NCBI GenBank assembly: GCA_964343575.1
Contig: CAYFJV010000003.1
Coordinates: 1-34,939 of the forward strand
DNA length: 34,939 nucleotides
Origin: an uncultured Methanosarcinales archaeon
GTDB taxonomy: Archaea > Nanobdellota > Nanobdellia > Woesearchaeales > GW2011-AR9
Direction of reading: 5' to 3'
Position numbers and translations under genes: made by a program. The notes below the pieces were generated by a model. The model searched no databases and had not been told where the DNA came from. It saw only the letters and a list, made by a program, of their open reading frames with translations. This document shows, piece by piece, positions 16,389 through 26,453 of this stretch (positions within the stretch are counted from its first letter, which is position 1; each line of letters begins with the position of its first letter).

Positions 16389-18974
16389 ATGGGATTTACA
16401 GAAATTTTTAAGAAAGGCTTTGGTAGCAAGAAGTCTGTTATAGTTTTATCTACATTAAATGAAATGACTAGAGAGGGAATAAACAAAGCTTATATTCCTA
16501 AGTTTCTTTACAAGCCACCTTATGGATATCCAAGACTAGCAAACATCCCACTCATAAGACATTTAGCAACAACGCCTTATGTTGAAATGTGTATCAATAC
16601 AATAATTAATGCAGTGGCTGCGATTCCATGGGCTATTGTGTCTTGCGAAGGCATGGAAGAACAAGCAGACGAAAGAGAGATTGAACACATTAAAAATTTC
16701 TTTATGAATCCCAATACTAACAACGAGTCCTTTGAAGATGTTTTTATTAAAATGCCGGTTAGAGATTATCTTGAAGTTAACTCGGCGGTGCTGAACAAAG
16801 TCTTCAATCTAAAAAAAGAGATGGTTGAGATAGTAGCAAGAGATGCAGGCACCTTCACAAAAAATCCAGATATTCACGGAATGTTTACTTTTAGAGATGA
16901 TATTCTAATCAACAAAGAAATAGTGCAAGATGCAGGTAAAGACCATGCAATCCTAAACCCTTATAGCCATATTAGTACGTTAGAGGCAAGAGAAAGATCA
17001 GCTTATTTTCAGTTCGGTTGGATGGCGGGACCTCAGCCAGTGCCTTTCGGAAAAAGGGAGATTGTTTGGATTCAGGGCATGAGGAGGACAGATGACCACT
17101 ATGGTTATTCTCCAGTTCAAATTTTAGCAAAGAGTCTTCAGATGTTAATTTACCAAATTGAATCTGATTTGGAGTACTACAACGATAATAATGTTCCAAA
17201 GGGAATAATTGGCATCGAGGACAAAGACTCTGATGAAGTAGAATCATTCCAGAAGCAGTGGAAGGAGCTACAGATGACTACTGACGAGTTAGGTTACAAA
17301 AAGAAAATAATGAACTCTGTACCGATTGTCAATGCTATTCCTAAGTTTGAACGCATAGAGTTTTCTTCTTCTGAAATGCAGATCATAGAAAAGCAGAAAT
17401 GGTATACTAAAATGGTGTGGGCTTCCTTCGGAGTAACCCCTACAGAGTTAGGATATACTGAAGATGCTCAGGGCCAAGCCAATCAAATAGTTCAGAGCAA
17501 GGTTTTCAAGAAAAAGGCAATTAACCCTCTTTTGAGAGTTTTAGAGAATCGTTACAGTTCAGACGTCATTTCCGAGTTTGAATATAATGGAACAAAAGAG
17601 CTTCCCGGTGGAAAAAAGATAGAATATCCTAAATACAAATTTAAATTTTTAGTCTTTGATGTAGAGGAAGAAAAAAACAAGTATGAGTTATACAAAATCC
17701 AGACTGAATCAGGAATAAAAACTATCAATGAGGTCAGGGCTGATGAAGGTCTTGAAGATGTTGAGTGGGGAGATGAGAATCCCAAGAAATCCCAAGCACA
17801 GAATGCCTTTACATTTAATGGAAATAATCCAGATTTAAGACCTAATGGTAACCTTCCGGATGTGGACAAGAACTTAGAAAACGATAGCAGGAACGCCAAA
17901 TCAATAGAAAGCAAACCTTTTGCAGGATATAGGAATTTCCAAGATTGCGTTAACAAGAACAGGGACAAAAACGACCCCGAGGCTTATTGCGCAACAATTC
18001 AGAGACAAGTAGAAGGTAAAGAAGATTTAGAGAAACTTGAAGTAAAGGCTCAAACATCGGAAAGTCCATTAATATTAAAGGAGAACGAGAAACCAGCTTC
18101 TCCAAAGAGATTTTCTGAGGGTATTGTTTACCTTCTTGAAGAGAACGAGGAAAATATTATTAAAATTCTAGAACAAGAAGGCAGAGAGGGAGTAATAAAG
18201 AATCTTAAATCCAAATTCGAAAGAAAAGGTGTTGAGGATTTAATCAATCAGATTAAAGGCATGATATCCATCGCAGGTATAAAGACTTTCACAACAGAGA
18301 TAATAAAGAATAATTATATGAATGGTCATGACGATGCAGAGAAGGAACTAGACAGAAACTTCTCTCCAGATACTAATGCTATAAAATTCATAGACGATTA
18401 TACATTTGATAACATTAAATCTATGTCAGAGGATTTAGCGAACAGGTTAAAGGCCGAACTTCAAAGAGGATTGATGGCTGGAGAAGGCGTAGATAAATTA
18501 AAATCAAGAGTAAAGGCAGTATTTGATATTTCAAAGAGCAGGGCAGAAGCCATAGCAAGAACAGAAACTAACAGAGCCTCTAATTTCGGAAGATTAAAGG
18601 CTTATGCTAATAGTGGTGTAAAAGCTAGAAAATGGTTGTTGATTACGGAAGATAATAGAACCTCTGAGATAAGCAAGGCGTTAGGCAGAAAATACGGATC
18701 TGAAGATAAAGCCATACCTCTGGATGAAGAGTTTAGAGTTAATGTTAACGGAAAAACTATCTCGGGGATGTCCCCGCCATTCCATGTGAATGAAAGAGAT
18801 AGATTGATGATTGTTGTTGATGATCCGAATCCTGCTGAAACCGCAAGAAAAGAGGCTGCACTCAAATCACAGGAAATAGATCTAAAACTTCAAAAAAAGC
18901 AGAATGCGATCCTAGACAAAAAGAGTAAACTGCTTAAAAAGTTGGATGGAGATCTAAATGATGGAAGAGGTTAG
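16389..18974 (+). CDS. Portal protein fused to a MuF/SPP1 gp7-like minor head domain
   Basis: Portal motifs (YGYSPV, NNVPKGII, ASFGVTPTELG, KTINEVRADEGL). C-terminal RAEAIARTETNRASN...RKWL...DNRT...PPFHVNER. Confidence 0.9.
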   Translation: MGFTEIFKKGFGSKKSVIVLSTLNEMTREGINKAYIPKFLYKPPYGYPRLANIPLIRHLATTPYVEMCINTIINAVAAIPWAIVSCEGMEEQADEREIEHIKNFFMNPNTNNESFEDVFIKMPVRDYLEVNSAVLNKVFNLKKEMVEIVARDAGTFTKNPDIHGMFTFRDDILINKEIVQDAGKDHAILNPYSHISTLEARERSAYFQFGWMAGPQPVPFGKREIVWIQGMRRTDDHYGYSPVQILAKSLQMLIYQIESDLEYYNDNNVPKGIIGIEDKDSDEVESFQKQWKELQMTTDELGYKKKIMNSVPIVNAIPKFERIEFSSSEMQIIEKQKWYTKMVWASFGVTPTELGYTEDAQGQANQIVQSKVFKKKAINPLLRVLENRYSSDVISEFEYNGTKELPGGKKIEYPKYKFKFLVFDVEEEKNKYELYKIQTESGIKTINEVRADEGLEDVEWGDENPKKSQAQNAFTFNGNNPDLRPNGNLPDVDKNLENDSRNAKSIESKPFAGYRNFQDCVNKNRDKNDPEAYCATIQRQVEGKEDLEKLEVKAQTSESPLILKENEKPASPKRFSEGIVYLLEENEENIIKILEQEGREGVIKNLKSKFERKGVEDLINQIKGMISIAGIKTFTTEIIKNNYMNGHDDAEKELDRNFSPDTNAIKFIDDYTFDNIKSMSEDLANRLKAELQRGLMAGEGVDKLKSRVKAVFDISKSRAEAIARTETNRASNFGRLKAYANSGVKARKWLLITEDNRTSEISKALGRKYGSEDKAIPLDEEFRVNVNGKTISGMSPPFHVNERDRLMIVVDDPNPAETARKEAALKSQEIDLKLQKKQNAILDKKSKLLKKLDGDLNDGRG

Positions 18975-19263
18975 TTTTTTTTATGATAAAGAAGGTCAAA
19001 CAAAAATCACTCAAGAACTCGAGTTCGATCCTGTTATGGCTGGTGAGACAACTAGGAAAGTGATATTTGCCAAGAGCAATATCAAATACCCCATTATAAT
19101 GAACCTTGATGTCGAGGGGGACAACATCGAATTAGAGACTGATTCCTTTAATTTGAAGCCTTTTGGAATAGAAAAGGTATTGCTGATACTAACTCCTTCC
19201 TTGACATCAATGGTTCCCATTACTGGAAGGATCAACGCTAAGATAAGGTATGTGGTAAGATGA
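18958..19263 (+). CDS. Small Ig-like beta protein
   Basis: LEFDPVMAGETTRKVI...LILTP alternating beta pattern. Confidence 0.5.
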   Translation: MMEEVSFFYDKEGQTKITQELEFDPVMAGETTRKVIFAKSNIKYPIIMNLDVEGDNIELETDSFNLKPFGIEKVLLILTPSLTSMVPITGRINAKIRYVVR

Positions 19264-20918
19264 GTAAAAATATATTTTTAAGAAATGAATCACCCGGAGG
19301 TGTTGGAGAAGCTAACACCGCGAGCAATCAGGGCGTAGGAGGAGTAGGGCTATTCAAACAGAAAACTAGCGTTGATTTAGAATTTAAGAATATTAATGCC
19401 GGTTCTAGTAAGATTACAGTTACGGATGATACTGGAAATGATGAGGTAGACATTGACGTTGATGAGGCACAAATTGATCACCTGAATATTCAGAATATAG
19501 GTACCAATAGTCACGCCCAGATTGATACACACATAGCAGATTCATCAATTCACTTTACAGAAGGAAGTATTGACCATGGTTCTATTTCAGGTCTTTTAGA
19601 TGATGATCACTCCCAATATGCACTACTGGTTGGTAGAAGTGGTGGACAGAATCTCATTGGAGGGACAGCCTCAGGGGATGATTTAACCTTTAACTCCACA
19701 AGTAACGCAACCAAAGGAAATATTCTTTTTGGAGATTCTGCTGGTTTCAATTACAATGAAACAGATGTTATGCTTTCGATAGGAGGTCCCGGACAGGAGA
19801 TCACTATAGCCGGAACTACATTTAAATCGAGATTTACGACTCACATGGCAGATGCAACAGTAGCTAGTTCCCGTTATGGGGGACACTCAGCAACGCCATT
19901 AATATCTCCAAATTTATTGTTCAACCGTAGTCGTGGAACTGAAGGATCCCCTTTAGCTGTTTTAGATGATGACAGGCTAGGAATCATCCAGTTTTCAGGA
20001 CATGATGGCACAGATTATAATTATGCAGCATCAATTCAAGTGGATGTTGACGGAACTCCCGGAGCGAATGATATGCCCGGAAGGATTGTTTTCTCAGTTT
20101 CTCCTGATGGAAGTAACACCCCTGTCGATGCGGTGAAGATTCTGAATGATAAAACTCTTGAATTGCTTGGAAACATAAGCGATGGGACTACAAGTGTAAA
20201 CACTACAGAGATAGTTGACTTTTTCAATGCAACAGATATTACTGGTGCAGAAGCCGAAACCTTAACAGATGGAAGTAATGCAGATTCTCTACACTTACAC
20301 AGTTTTATAAATTTAGACGATACTCCAGCCACGTATTCCGGACAGAGTGGAAAAATGCTTGTAGTCAGTGGAACTAGCATCACATTTCAGCTACAACCAA
20401 CAATTCCTAACTCCTTTGCTACATGGGATGCAGATTTGGGAACAAATCCTGCCGCTAGCACAGGCAATGACACCATGACAGTTACATCTGCAAATAGCTC
20501 CATAAACATCACAGGTGATTCAGGAACAGACACTCTGACATTTGATATAAATTTAACAAATGCTCAAACGTGGTCAGGAGTTCAAACATTCTCTTCATTG
20601 ATTGGAGCGGATGCAGGATTAGACATTCCACTACCATCTTCAGGAAGTTCGAGTGATGTTTTCATGGTAGACACTGCAGCGAATGATCCCGGACTTAGAT
20701 TCAATAGGCCTTCCGCATCAATAGGACAAATTATATTCGGAGATACAGCTACAACTCAGTTCGAGTTTGATATTCTTGGAGCAAATGCTGGAATGTTTTA
20801 TATGAGACCGCTTTCATCAGCACCAACAGGAAAACAAGGAACGTTATATGTTGATACTAGCGGGATTCTTTGGATTCACAACGGCACTTCGTGGGTGAAG
20901 GTTGGATTACAAACATAG
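19260..20918 (+). CDS. Fibre/adhesin-like virion protein
   Basis: HAQIDTHIAD and DHGSISGLLDDDHSQY fibre motifs, G/T/S-rich, C-terminal GTLYVD...NGTSWVKV. Confidence 0.7.
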   Translation: MSKNIFLRNESPGGVGEANTASNQGVGGVGLFKQKTSVDLEFKNINAGSSKITVTDDTGNDEVDIDVDEAQIDHLNIQNIGTNSHAQIDTHIADSSIHFTEGSIDHGSISGLLDDDHSQYALLVGRSGGQNLIGGTASGDDLTFNSTSNATKGNILFGDSAGFNYNETDVMLSIGGPGQEITIAGTTFKSRFTTHMADATVASSRYGGHSATPLISPNLLFNRSRGTEGSPLAVLDDDRLGIIQFSGHDGTDYNYAASIQVDVDGTPGANDMPGRIVFSVSPDGSNTPVDAVKILNDKTLELLGNISDGTTSVNTTEIVDFFNATDITGAEAETLTDGSNADSLHLHSFINLDDTPATYSGQSGKMLVVSGTSITFQLQPTIPNSFATWDADLGTNPAASTGNDTMTVTSANSSINITGDSGTDTLTFDINLTNAQTWSGVQTFSSLIGADAGLDIPLPSSGSSSDVFMVDTAANDPGLRFNRPSASIGQIIFGDTATTQFEFDILGANAGMFYMRPLSSAPTGKQGTLYVDTSGILWIHNGTSWVKVGLQT

Positions 20919-20928
20919 GAGAGATAAA

Positions 20929-21117
20929 ATGAATAAAACAACAAAAATAAAAGAGAAACTAAAAAAACTTGAGGCAGAATACACTCAAGGGATCAAAACA
21001 AGAAACCAAATAAATGAAAATCTTTTGAGGATAGATGGGGCAATATTTATCTTAAAAAGTTTACTAAATGAATCAGAGGGAGATGCGGAAAAGAAAAAAA
21101 TCCAGAAGAAAAAATAA
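20929..21117 (+). CDS. Small coiled-coil protein (possible fibre chaperone)
   Basis: GGAG RBS before ATG 20929, LLRIDGAIFILKSL helix, directly after the fibre gene. Confidence 0.55.
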   Translation: MNKTTKIKEKLKKLEAEYTQGIKTRNQINENLLRIDGAIFILKSLLNESEGDAEKKKIQKKK

Positions 21118-21533
21118 TGAACTTGACGGCGTATTTTTCGGACAATGGAGTGCCAAAGACAGGCTTAACGCCTACCATGGATATCTGGAAAATAGACGGA
21201 ACTCAAGTAGTTACAGCTCAAACAATGACTGAAATCGCAGGCGGATTCTATGTTTATGATTTTACAACATACGATGATGATGAAGATTATGTCATAAGGG
21301 CTGATGGGGGGGCTACATTGGGAAACACCGAGAGATACGCAGTTTCAAGTAACGAAACAGGCGGGGTTGGAAAGATCCTTAAAGTTTCGAAAAACAGATG
21401 GAAAATAGACACAGCTAACAAAACTCAGACAATTTACGATGATGATGGCGTTACTCCATTAATAACATTCGATCTAAAAGATGCAAATAACAAGGCATCT
21501 ACAGTGAGAATATTTGAAAGAGATCCACAATGA
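21117..21533 (+). CDS. Virion-associated beta-rich protein
   Basis: TAATG overlap, PKTGLTPT...MTEIAGGFYVYDF...TIYDDDGVTPL. Confidence 0.6.
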   Translation: MNLTAYFSDNGVPKTGLTPTMDIWKIDGTQVVTAQTMTEIAGGFYVYDFTTYDDDEDYVIRADGGATLGNTERYAVSSNETGGVGKILKVSKNRWKIDTANKTQTIYDDDGVTPLITFDLKDANNKASTVRIFERDPQ

Positions 21534-21835
21534 ATTCGATAATTACTCAGGGTTACGGAAATACCACATTAGTGCCTACTCAGGGTTACGGAGGGGAATT
21601 CGATCCGGCAGGAGTTAGTAAAGGGGTATTTGTGGACAAGAAGAAGATCCTGGATCTTTATTCTCCAGTGGAAATGATGGGGTCTGATTCCTTCAAGCTG
21701 TTTTCACCGATTTCTAAAAGTCTAGACAAGTCTATACGCATGAGAACACCTGTTGATTTCTCGAAAGAAGACTCATTAAACATCCATACGAGAGTTTCGA
21801 TTGACAAACTTAGAAGGATCATAACAAATCTCTAA
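21530..21835 (+). CDS. Hypothetical virion protein
   Basis: ATGA overlap, duplicated TQGYG motif. Confidence 0.6.
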   Translation: MNSIITQGYGNTTLVPTQGYGGEFDPAGVSKGVFVDKKKILDLYSPVEMMGSDSFKLFSPISKSLDKSIRMRTPVDFSKEDSLNIHTRVSIDKLRRIITNL

Positions 21836-21837
21836 TT

Positions 21838-21888
21838 TTGGGTCTAGGCAAACAAGCTTTATAATATTCCAGTATATTATTTCTCGCA
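21838..21888 (+). promoter_or_regulatory. Putative late promoter giving a leaderless protease mRNA
   Basis: TTTATAAT at 21858-21865, ATG 30 nt from the TATA start, no RBS. Confidence 0.6.
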
Positions 21889-23024
21889 TGACATTGGATC
21901 CGAATAGTGTCTTTGTTTTTTCTGTTGGGGAAATAGAGGCCAAAAGCTTCTATGACACAAAAGCAAAAAAGAAGAGATACATCATAAAAGGGCACATCGA
22001 CAGCTCAGATTTAGATCTAGTCAATGACATTGTTCTTCCTGAGGCAATGGATGATATATCCAGACAGTTCTCGGAGAGAAACATTAAGCTAGATTTTGAT
22101 CATGAGACACTTCTAGGTAACACTGATCTTGAAAAGAAAGTTGCCTTAACTAAATCCCCTCTTGGAAAAAGAATAAAAGAAACAAGAGATCAAAAGGGAA
22201 ATTTTGTAGAGTTTGAATTGAATCCTAATTGGAAGAAGCTTAACAACCAAGGAGAAGTCGTTAAGACCTTTGATGAGGTTTGGGAAGAGATAGAGGAAGA
22301 ACATCTAGATGCTTTTTCAATAGCTTATATTCCAATGGAAACAGAAACAAAAAATGTTAATGGCATAGATGCTAGACTTCTTAAAAGAGTAAATCTCATT
22401 AACGTAGCCTTAACAGGCAATCCAATAAACCCGTCTGCAAACATTCGAGATGTAATGGTTAAATCAGTTAAATATCTTGAAGATAATGGAGAAAATAAAT
22501 CGTACGAAAAAGACGGTGGTCACGCTCATACTGAGAACGATCCGCTAGGTTTACACAATCATCCTGAGATTGAAGAAAGAATTGCACAAATTCAAAGAGA
22601 CTTTAATGACAGACTTGATTGGGTGCACGAAAGGATCAATGATATTAATGAAGTTTCGGATGATGCAGAAGTTTCTGCTTGTCCGGGACTCAAATCAAAC
22701 AAACGAGGTGCTAATATGGCAGAAGATAAAAATATTAACAAGAAAGGTGATGAACCTTCTAATCCGGCTCCATCTGATGGAACTCCGGCTGAGCCTGCAC
22801 AACCAGCAGAACCAGAAGGGAAATCCGCCGATCTTAAGAGTGTTTTAGCTGAGATCAAAAGCATAGGCGAAAGAATGTCTACTTTTGAGAAAGAGCTAAA
22901 AGAAGTCAAAGGTATAACAGAGGCTGCGAGGCCTGCTGGACATGGTGCTAATCCTGAAGATTTGAAAGCTGCAAGAAATGCAGGTGAAGAAATCGAAGCA
23001 AAAGGGACACTAAATTTGATTTAA
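21888..23024 (+). CDS. Prohead protease (HK97-type) with scaffold-like C-terminus
   Basis: DLVNDIV, DFDHE, DAFSIAY and VALTGNPINPSA motifs, P/E-rich tail, precedes the capsid gene. Confidence 0.85.
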   Translation: MTLDPNSVFVFSVGEIEAKSFYDTKAKKKRYIIKGHIDSSDLDLVNDIVLPEAMDDISRQFSERNIKLDFDHETLLGNTDLEKKVALTKSPLGKRIKETRDQKGNFVEFELNPNWKKLNNQGEVVKTFDEVWEEIEEEHLDAFSIAYIPMETETKNVNGIDARLLKRVNLINVALTGNPINPSANIRDVMVKSVKYLEDNGENKSYEKDGGHAHTENDPLGLHNHPEIEERIAQIQRDFNDRLDWVHERINDINEVSDDAEVSACPGLKSNKRGANMAEDKNINKKGDEPSNPAPSDGTPAEPAQPAEPEGKSADLKSVLAEIKSIGERMSTFEKELKEVKGITEAARPAGHGANPEDLKAARNAGEEIEAKGTLNLI

Positions 23025-23036
23025 GAGGTGAAACTA

Positions 23037-24251
23037 ATGAAAGATAATGTTAATGTTGGTGGTCAATTACACGCAGTTGAAACCGGAGATATGAAATCTG
23101 AAATGGCAAGGATTGCATCCAAGGGGTTCGGTCCTGCTAATTGTTATGAACATAGCTTTGGTGCTTTGACTCATAAGACCACGTATGTTGATCCATGGAA
23201 CATGGATATGGAAGGGAAGAGTGAGGACTTTAGACCTACACTTTCCAAAATAGCTATTAAAGGATATAATAGGATACATCAAAAAGCTCTAGGTCCTGAA
23301 ACAGGCGGAGCAGGAACTGCAGGTTTTGCATTAGTTCCGATCTTTGTTGATCCTAGAATTGTGGACAGATCAAGAAAATACACTCCTCTTGTTGAAATCT
23401 TTAAGAGAGTTACAAATCAAGGTATGACTGCAGATTATAACGTAATCACAGCAAAAGGCGCAGCTTACACCGCAGGTCTTGACGCTGCATTGCCAGAGGC
23501 AAACGATACCTATGACAGGGCAACTCAAGACATAAAGTTCTTGTACAGCATAGGAAGAATACTCGGTCCAATGCAACCTGCGATGCCTAGTTATATGTTA
23601 GAAGGTTTCCAGCCATCAGGAGCAGGAAACACAGGCGGGGCTACATTTGGTTCACTTGGTGCTCCAGACGCTAAACAATTGGAAGTTTTAGTGAAAGCAA
23701 GAGCTTTAAAGGAATTAGAGGAAAATCTAATCCTTAACGGCGATGCTTCAACTGACACAACTCAGTTCAATGGTATTCTTCAACAGCAAAGCACAACAAA
23801 TCAGAATGATTTATCCGGTGCTGCTTTGACTTGGGATGATGTAGAGGATACTGTAAAACTTGCATTTGACGATGGTGGCAGGCCTAACCTAGCTGTCGGA
23901 TCTTCAGGTGTTCTTGTAGCACTAAGAAAGATCATGATTGATACATTCAGATATGGTCCTGAACAACTAACATCCGGTGCTGCATTACCTTTCGGTGTGC
24001 CACCACAATTAGTCATCCATACTATGGTTGGACCAATGCCGGTTTTACCATCTCAATATCTAACCGATACATCTGGATCAAGACAACTATGGTTCCTTGA
24101 TATGGACTACATCGAGTTGAGAGTGTTACAAGACATGACTTTTGAAGAATTGGCTAAGACCAACGATTCAAATAAGTTTATGCTAAAGATATACGAATGT
24201 TTGATCTCGAGGGCGCCTCAATTCAACTCGTATATAGATAATATAGCTTAG
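23037..24251 (+). CDS. Major capsid protein (HK97 fold)
   Basis: GAGGTG RBS then ATG 23037. LVPIFVDPRIVD, EENLILNGD...FNGI, FEELAKTNDS..FML..YECL. Follows the protease. Confidence 0.9.
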   Translation: MKDNVNVGGQLHAVETGDMKSEMARIASKGFGPANCYEHSFGALTHKTTYVDPWNMDMEGKSEDFRPTLSKIAIKGYNRIHQKALGPETGGAGTAGFALVPIFVDPRIVDRSRKYTPLVEIFKRVTNQGMTADYNVITAKGAAYTAGLDAALPEANDTYDRATQDIKFLYSIGRILGPMQPAMPSYMLEGFQPSGAGNTGGATFGSLGAPDAKQLEVLVKARALKELEENLILNGDASTDTTQFNGILQQQSTTNQNDLSGAALTWDDVEDTVKLAFDDGGRPNLAVGSSGVLVALRKIMIDTFRYGPEQLTSGAALPFGVPPQLVIHTMVGPMPVLPSQYLTDTSGSRQLWFLDMDYIELRVLQDMTFEELAKTNDSNKFMLKIYECLISRAPQFNSYIDNIA

Positions 24252-24265
24252 AGAGGTGAAAAAAT

Positions 24266-24598
24266 ATGGCAGCTTTAACTGAAGGCACAGACTTCGAGGT
24301 TGTGGGCAACCAAAGAGGAGATGTGTATAACGAGATTGTTATTCGTACAATCAACACTGTAGATGATGGAGATACCATCGCTGTGGATATGACTAAGTAC
24401 GGCATTCATACAACAGGACTTATCGGTGCGTGGGGATTCATTCACACCACTGCTAACTCTGTAGTAGTGCAAGAACAGCCAACAACAGCTGTTTCATCTG
24501 GAACTATCACTTTGACAGTTGGTGGAAGCACAGATAACAAACAGAGGTATTACATCATTAAAGGATTCTCTGAACCGAATCCAGCAGCAACACTTTAA
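24266..24598 (+). CDS. Capsid decoration/cement protein (putative)
   Basis: 110-aa beta protein right after the MCP, strong GAGGTGA RBS. Confidence 0.55.
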   Translation: MAALTEGTDFEVVGNQRGDVYNEIVIRTINTVDDGDTIAVDMTKYGIHTTGLIGAWGFIHTTANSVVVQEQPTTAVSSGTITLTVGGSTDNKQRYYIIKGFSEPNPAATL

Positions 24599-24611
24599 TT
24601 AAGTGGATTTG

Positions 24612-24655
24612 AGTAAGTGTGGCTCTCCGCCACCTTACTGTCCTTTTTTGGACAT
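24612..24655 (+). terminator. Tandem hairpins after the capsid genes
   Basis: AGTAAG-T-GTGGC-TCTCC-GCCAC-CTTACT, then TGTCC-TTTTTT-GGACA. Confidence 0.55.
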
Positions 24656-24699
24656 CGCAATAGGATCATTGATTCCGAAAGCAAGGAGGAAAATTAAAA

Positions 24700-26094
24700 A
24701 TGGTACAAGGAAAGGGTGTTTTTGGCCCAGCGAGTAGACAGATAGGCGAAACAGTCACAGTTTACTTAGACAAAAAAATTCAATTTAGAGATACAGGACT
24801 TTATATTCAAAGTTCAGCAGATGGAAAATTAAAGTTTAGTTCAGATGGTAGCGGAGCAGATGATTTTATTTTCTCGGGAAATGCTACATTTGAGAATGAT
24901 ATTACAGTTCAAGGAGATTTCACATTTGGAAATGCTGCAACAGATAATTTAACAGTAAATGGAGATTTAATTATCGCAGATGATCAAAAACTACACCTCG
25001 GTACAGGTGAAGATTTCTCCATTGAATTTGATGAAGATGGCACGGATGATGTACGCATCACGACAGCTTCGGCTCTTGGTGTAGGTCTTATTGGCACAAT
25101 GGGATCAGGTACAGCAACCGGGTCAGGCGGTGTTATCACACTAACAGCTGGAGCCGGCGGAGCGACTAGTGGAGCAGGTGGGGCTGTTTTAATTACTGCG
25201 GGAGCAGGAACTAATGGAAACGCTGTTGGAGGAGCATCGGAGTTAATTGCCGGTGCTGGACAAGGTTCGGCAGCAGGTGGACAAGGTTCTCTTACAGGCG
25301 GTGCTGGAGGAGCAACTGGTGCTGGAGGAGCGATATCAATTGATTCCGGTGGTGGTGGTTCAACTTCAGGTGTGTCAGGAGAGGTCACAGTTAGTTCTGG
25401 TACTGTAGCCAATGCAACAACAGGCACAGCCTCAGCAACAGGTGGCGTAACAATCACAACTGGGGCAGCTGGTACAGCTACAACTGGCACAGCAGGTGCA
25501 TCAGGAACTATCGCAATTACTGGAGTAGTTGGTGGGGCAAGTTCAGGCGCAGGCGGTACAGGCGGTGCTGGTGGTAGTGTAACAATCACAGCAGGAGCTG
25601 GTGGTGCAGATAGCGAGGGTGCTTCTGGAACTGGTGGAGCTGGAGGAGACTTGATTCTAACAGCAGGAGCTGGTGGAACCGGGAATACAGCCGGTCAGGA
25701 TGGTCAAATCATTATGCGTAGTGGAGGAACCTTACCTGTTCTAAGGGAACAAGTAGATCCGCCAACTGCAACAGACACAGCTACATTAACTGCAGCTCAG
25801 ATGTTAGGAGGAATCTTAGTCGGAACACCAACAGCAGCAGCAGCATATACTACCCTAACAGGAACACAGATTGAAGCAGCACTATCAGGCAATGTTGCCA
25901 CAAACGACAGCTTTGACTTGAGTATCATTAACTTAGGTGGTGCAGGTGATATAATCACTTTAACTGCTGGTTCTGGCGTGAGTATTGTTGGTTCTGCGAC
26001 CATAGATGATCCGGGTGCAGACATAAACAGTTCAGGACTGTTCAGGTTCCGTAGAAGTGCAGCTAACACATTTGTTGCATATCGTATAGCATAG
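24700..26094 (+). CDS. Gly/Ala/Thr-rich head fibre or decoration protein
   Basis: Repeated GG.(V/I).(I/L)TAG.GG units and a globular C-terminal beta domain. Confidence 0.65.
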   Translation: MVQGKGVFGPASRQIGETVTVYLDKKIQFRDTGLYIQSSADGKLKFSSDGSGADDFIFSGNATFENDITVQGDFTFGNAATDNLTVNGDLIIADDQKLHLGTGEDFSIEFDEDGTDDVRITTASALGVGLIGTMGSGTATGSGGVITLTAGAGGATSGAGGAVLITAGAGTNGNAVGGASELIAGAGQGSAAGGQGSLTGGAGGATGAGGAISIDSGGGGSTSGVSGEVTVSSGTVANATTGTASATGGVTITTGAAGTATTGTAGASGTIAITGVVGGASSGAGGTGGAGGSVTITAGAGGADSEGASGTGGAGGDLILTAGAGGTGNTAGQDGQIIMRSGGTLPVLREQVDPPTATDTATLTAAQMLGGILVGTPTAAAAYTTLTGTQIEAALSGNVATNDSFDLSIINLGGAGDIITLTAGSGVSIVGSATIDDPGADINSSGLFRFRRSAANTFVAYRIA

Positions 26095-26128
26095 ACATCT
26101 TTTATTTTGTAAAAGATCGGAGGAAACA

Positions 26129-26356
26129 ATGACAGAGAAAAAAAAGGAAGTAGGAAAAGAAGAGATTGCTAAAGAGCAAGATAGTAAGAAGTCTATTGTA
26201 TTGACTACCGACGGCAAAAACATAGATGTCAGAACCAACAATCTAAATGCTCTTGAATTGGAGATGATGCTAATTAAAGCATTGTCTGCAATCAGAGGGA
26301 AAACGGAGGTGCAAAATGCCGACAATAAAGGGTCCGATAACAATCAAAGCGGGTGA
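26129..26356 (+). CDS. Hypothetical protein
   Basis: GGAGG RBS. Confidence 0.65.
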   Translation: MTEKKKEVGKEEIAKEQDSKKSIVLTTDGKNIDVRTNNLNALELEMMLIKALSAIRGKTEVQNADNKGSDNNQSG

Positions 26357-26453
26357 GGAGATACCCGAAAAAGTAAAGGATGCGGTCATGGGATCTCTCT
26401 CTATAAAGAAAAAAGGAAGTGGAAAAAATGCCAGTAAATCTAAAAAGAATTAA
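26316..26453 (+). CDS. Small basic protein (45 aa, MPTIKGPITIK...)
   Basis: GGAGGTG RBS, fills the gap between neighbours. Confidence 0.6.
   Translation: MPTIKGPITIKAGEEIPEKVKDAVMGSLSIKKKGSGKNASKSKKN

Noticed and set aside
24984..25589. 201-aa Pro-rich minus-strand ORF, and the other minus-strand ORFs in the track
   Set aside because: Antisense shadows of well-supported + strand genes (GGN Gly codons read as Pro), with no RBS or motifs.
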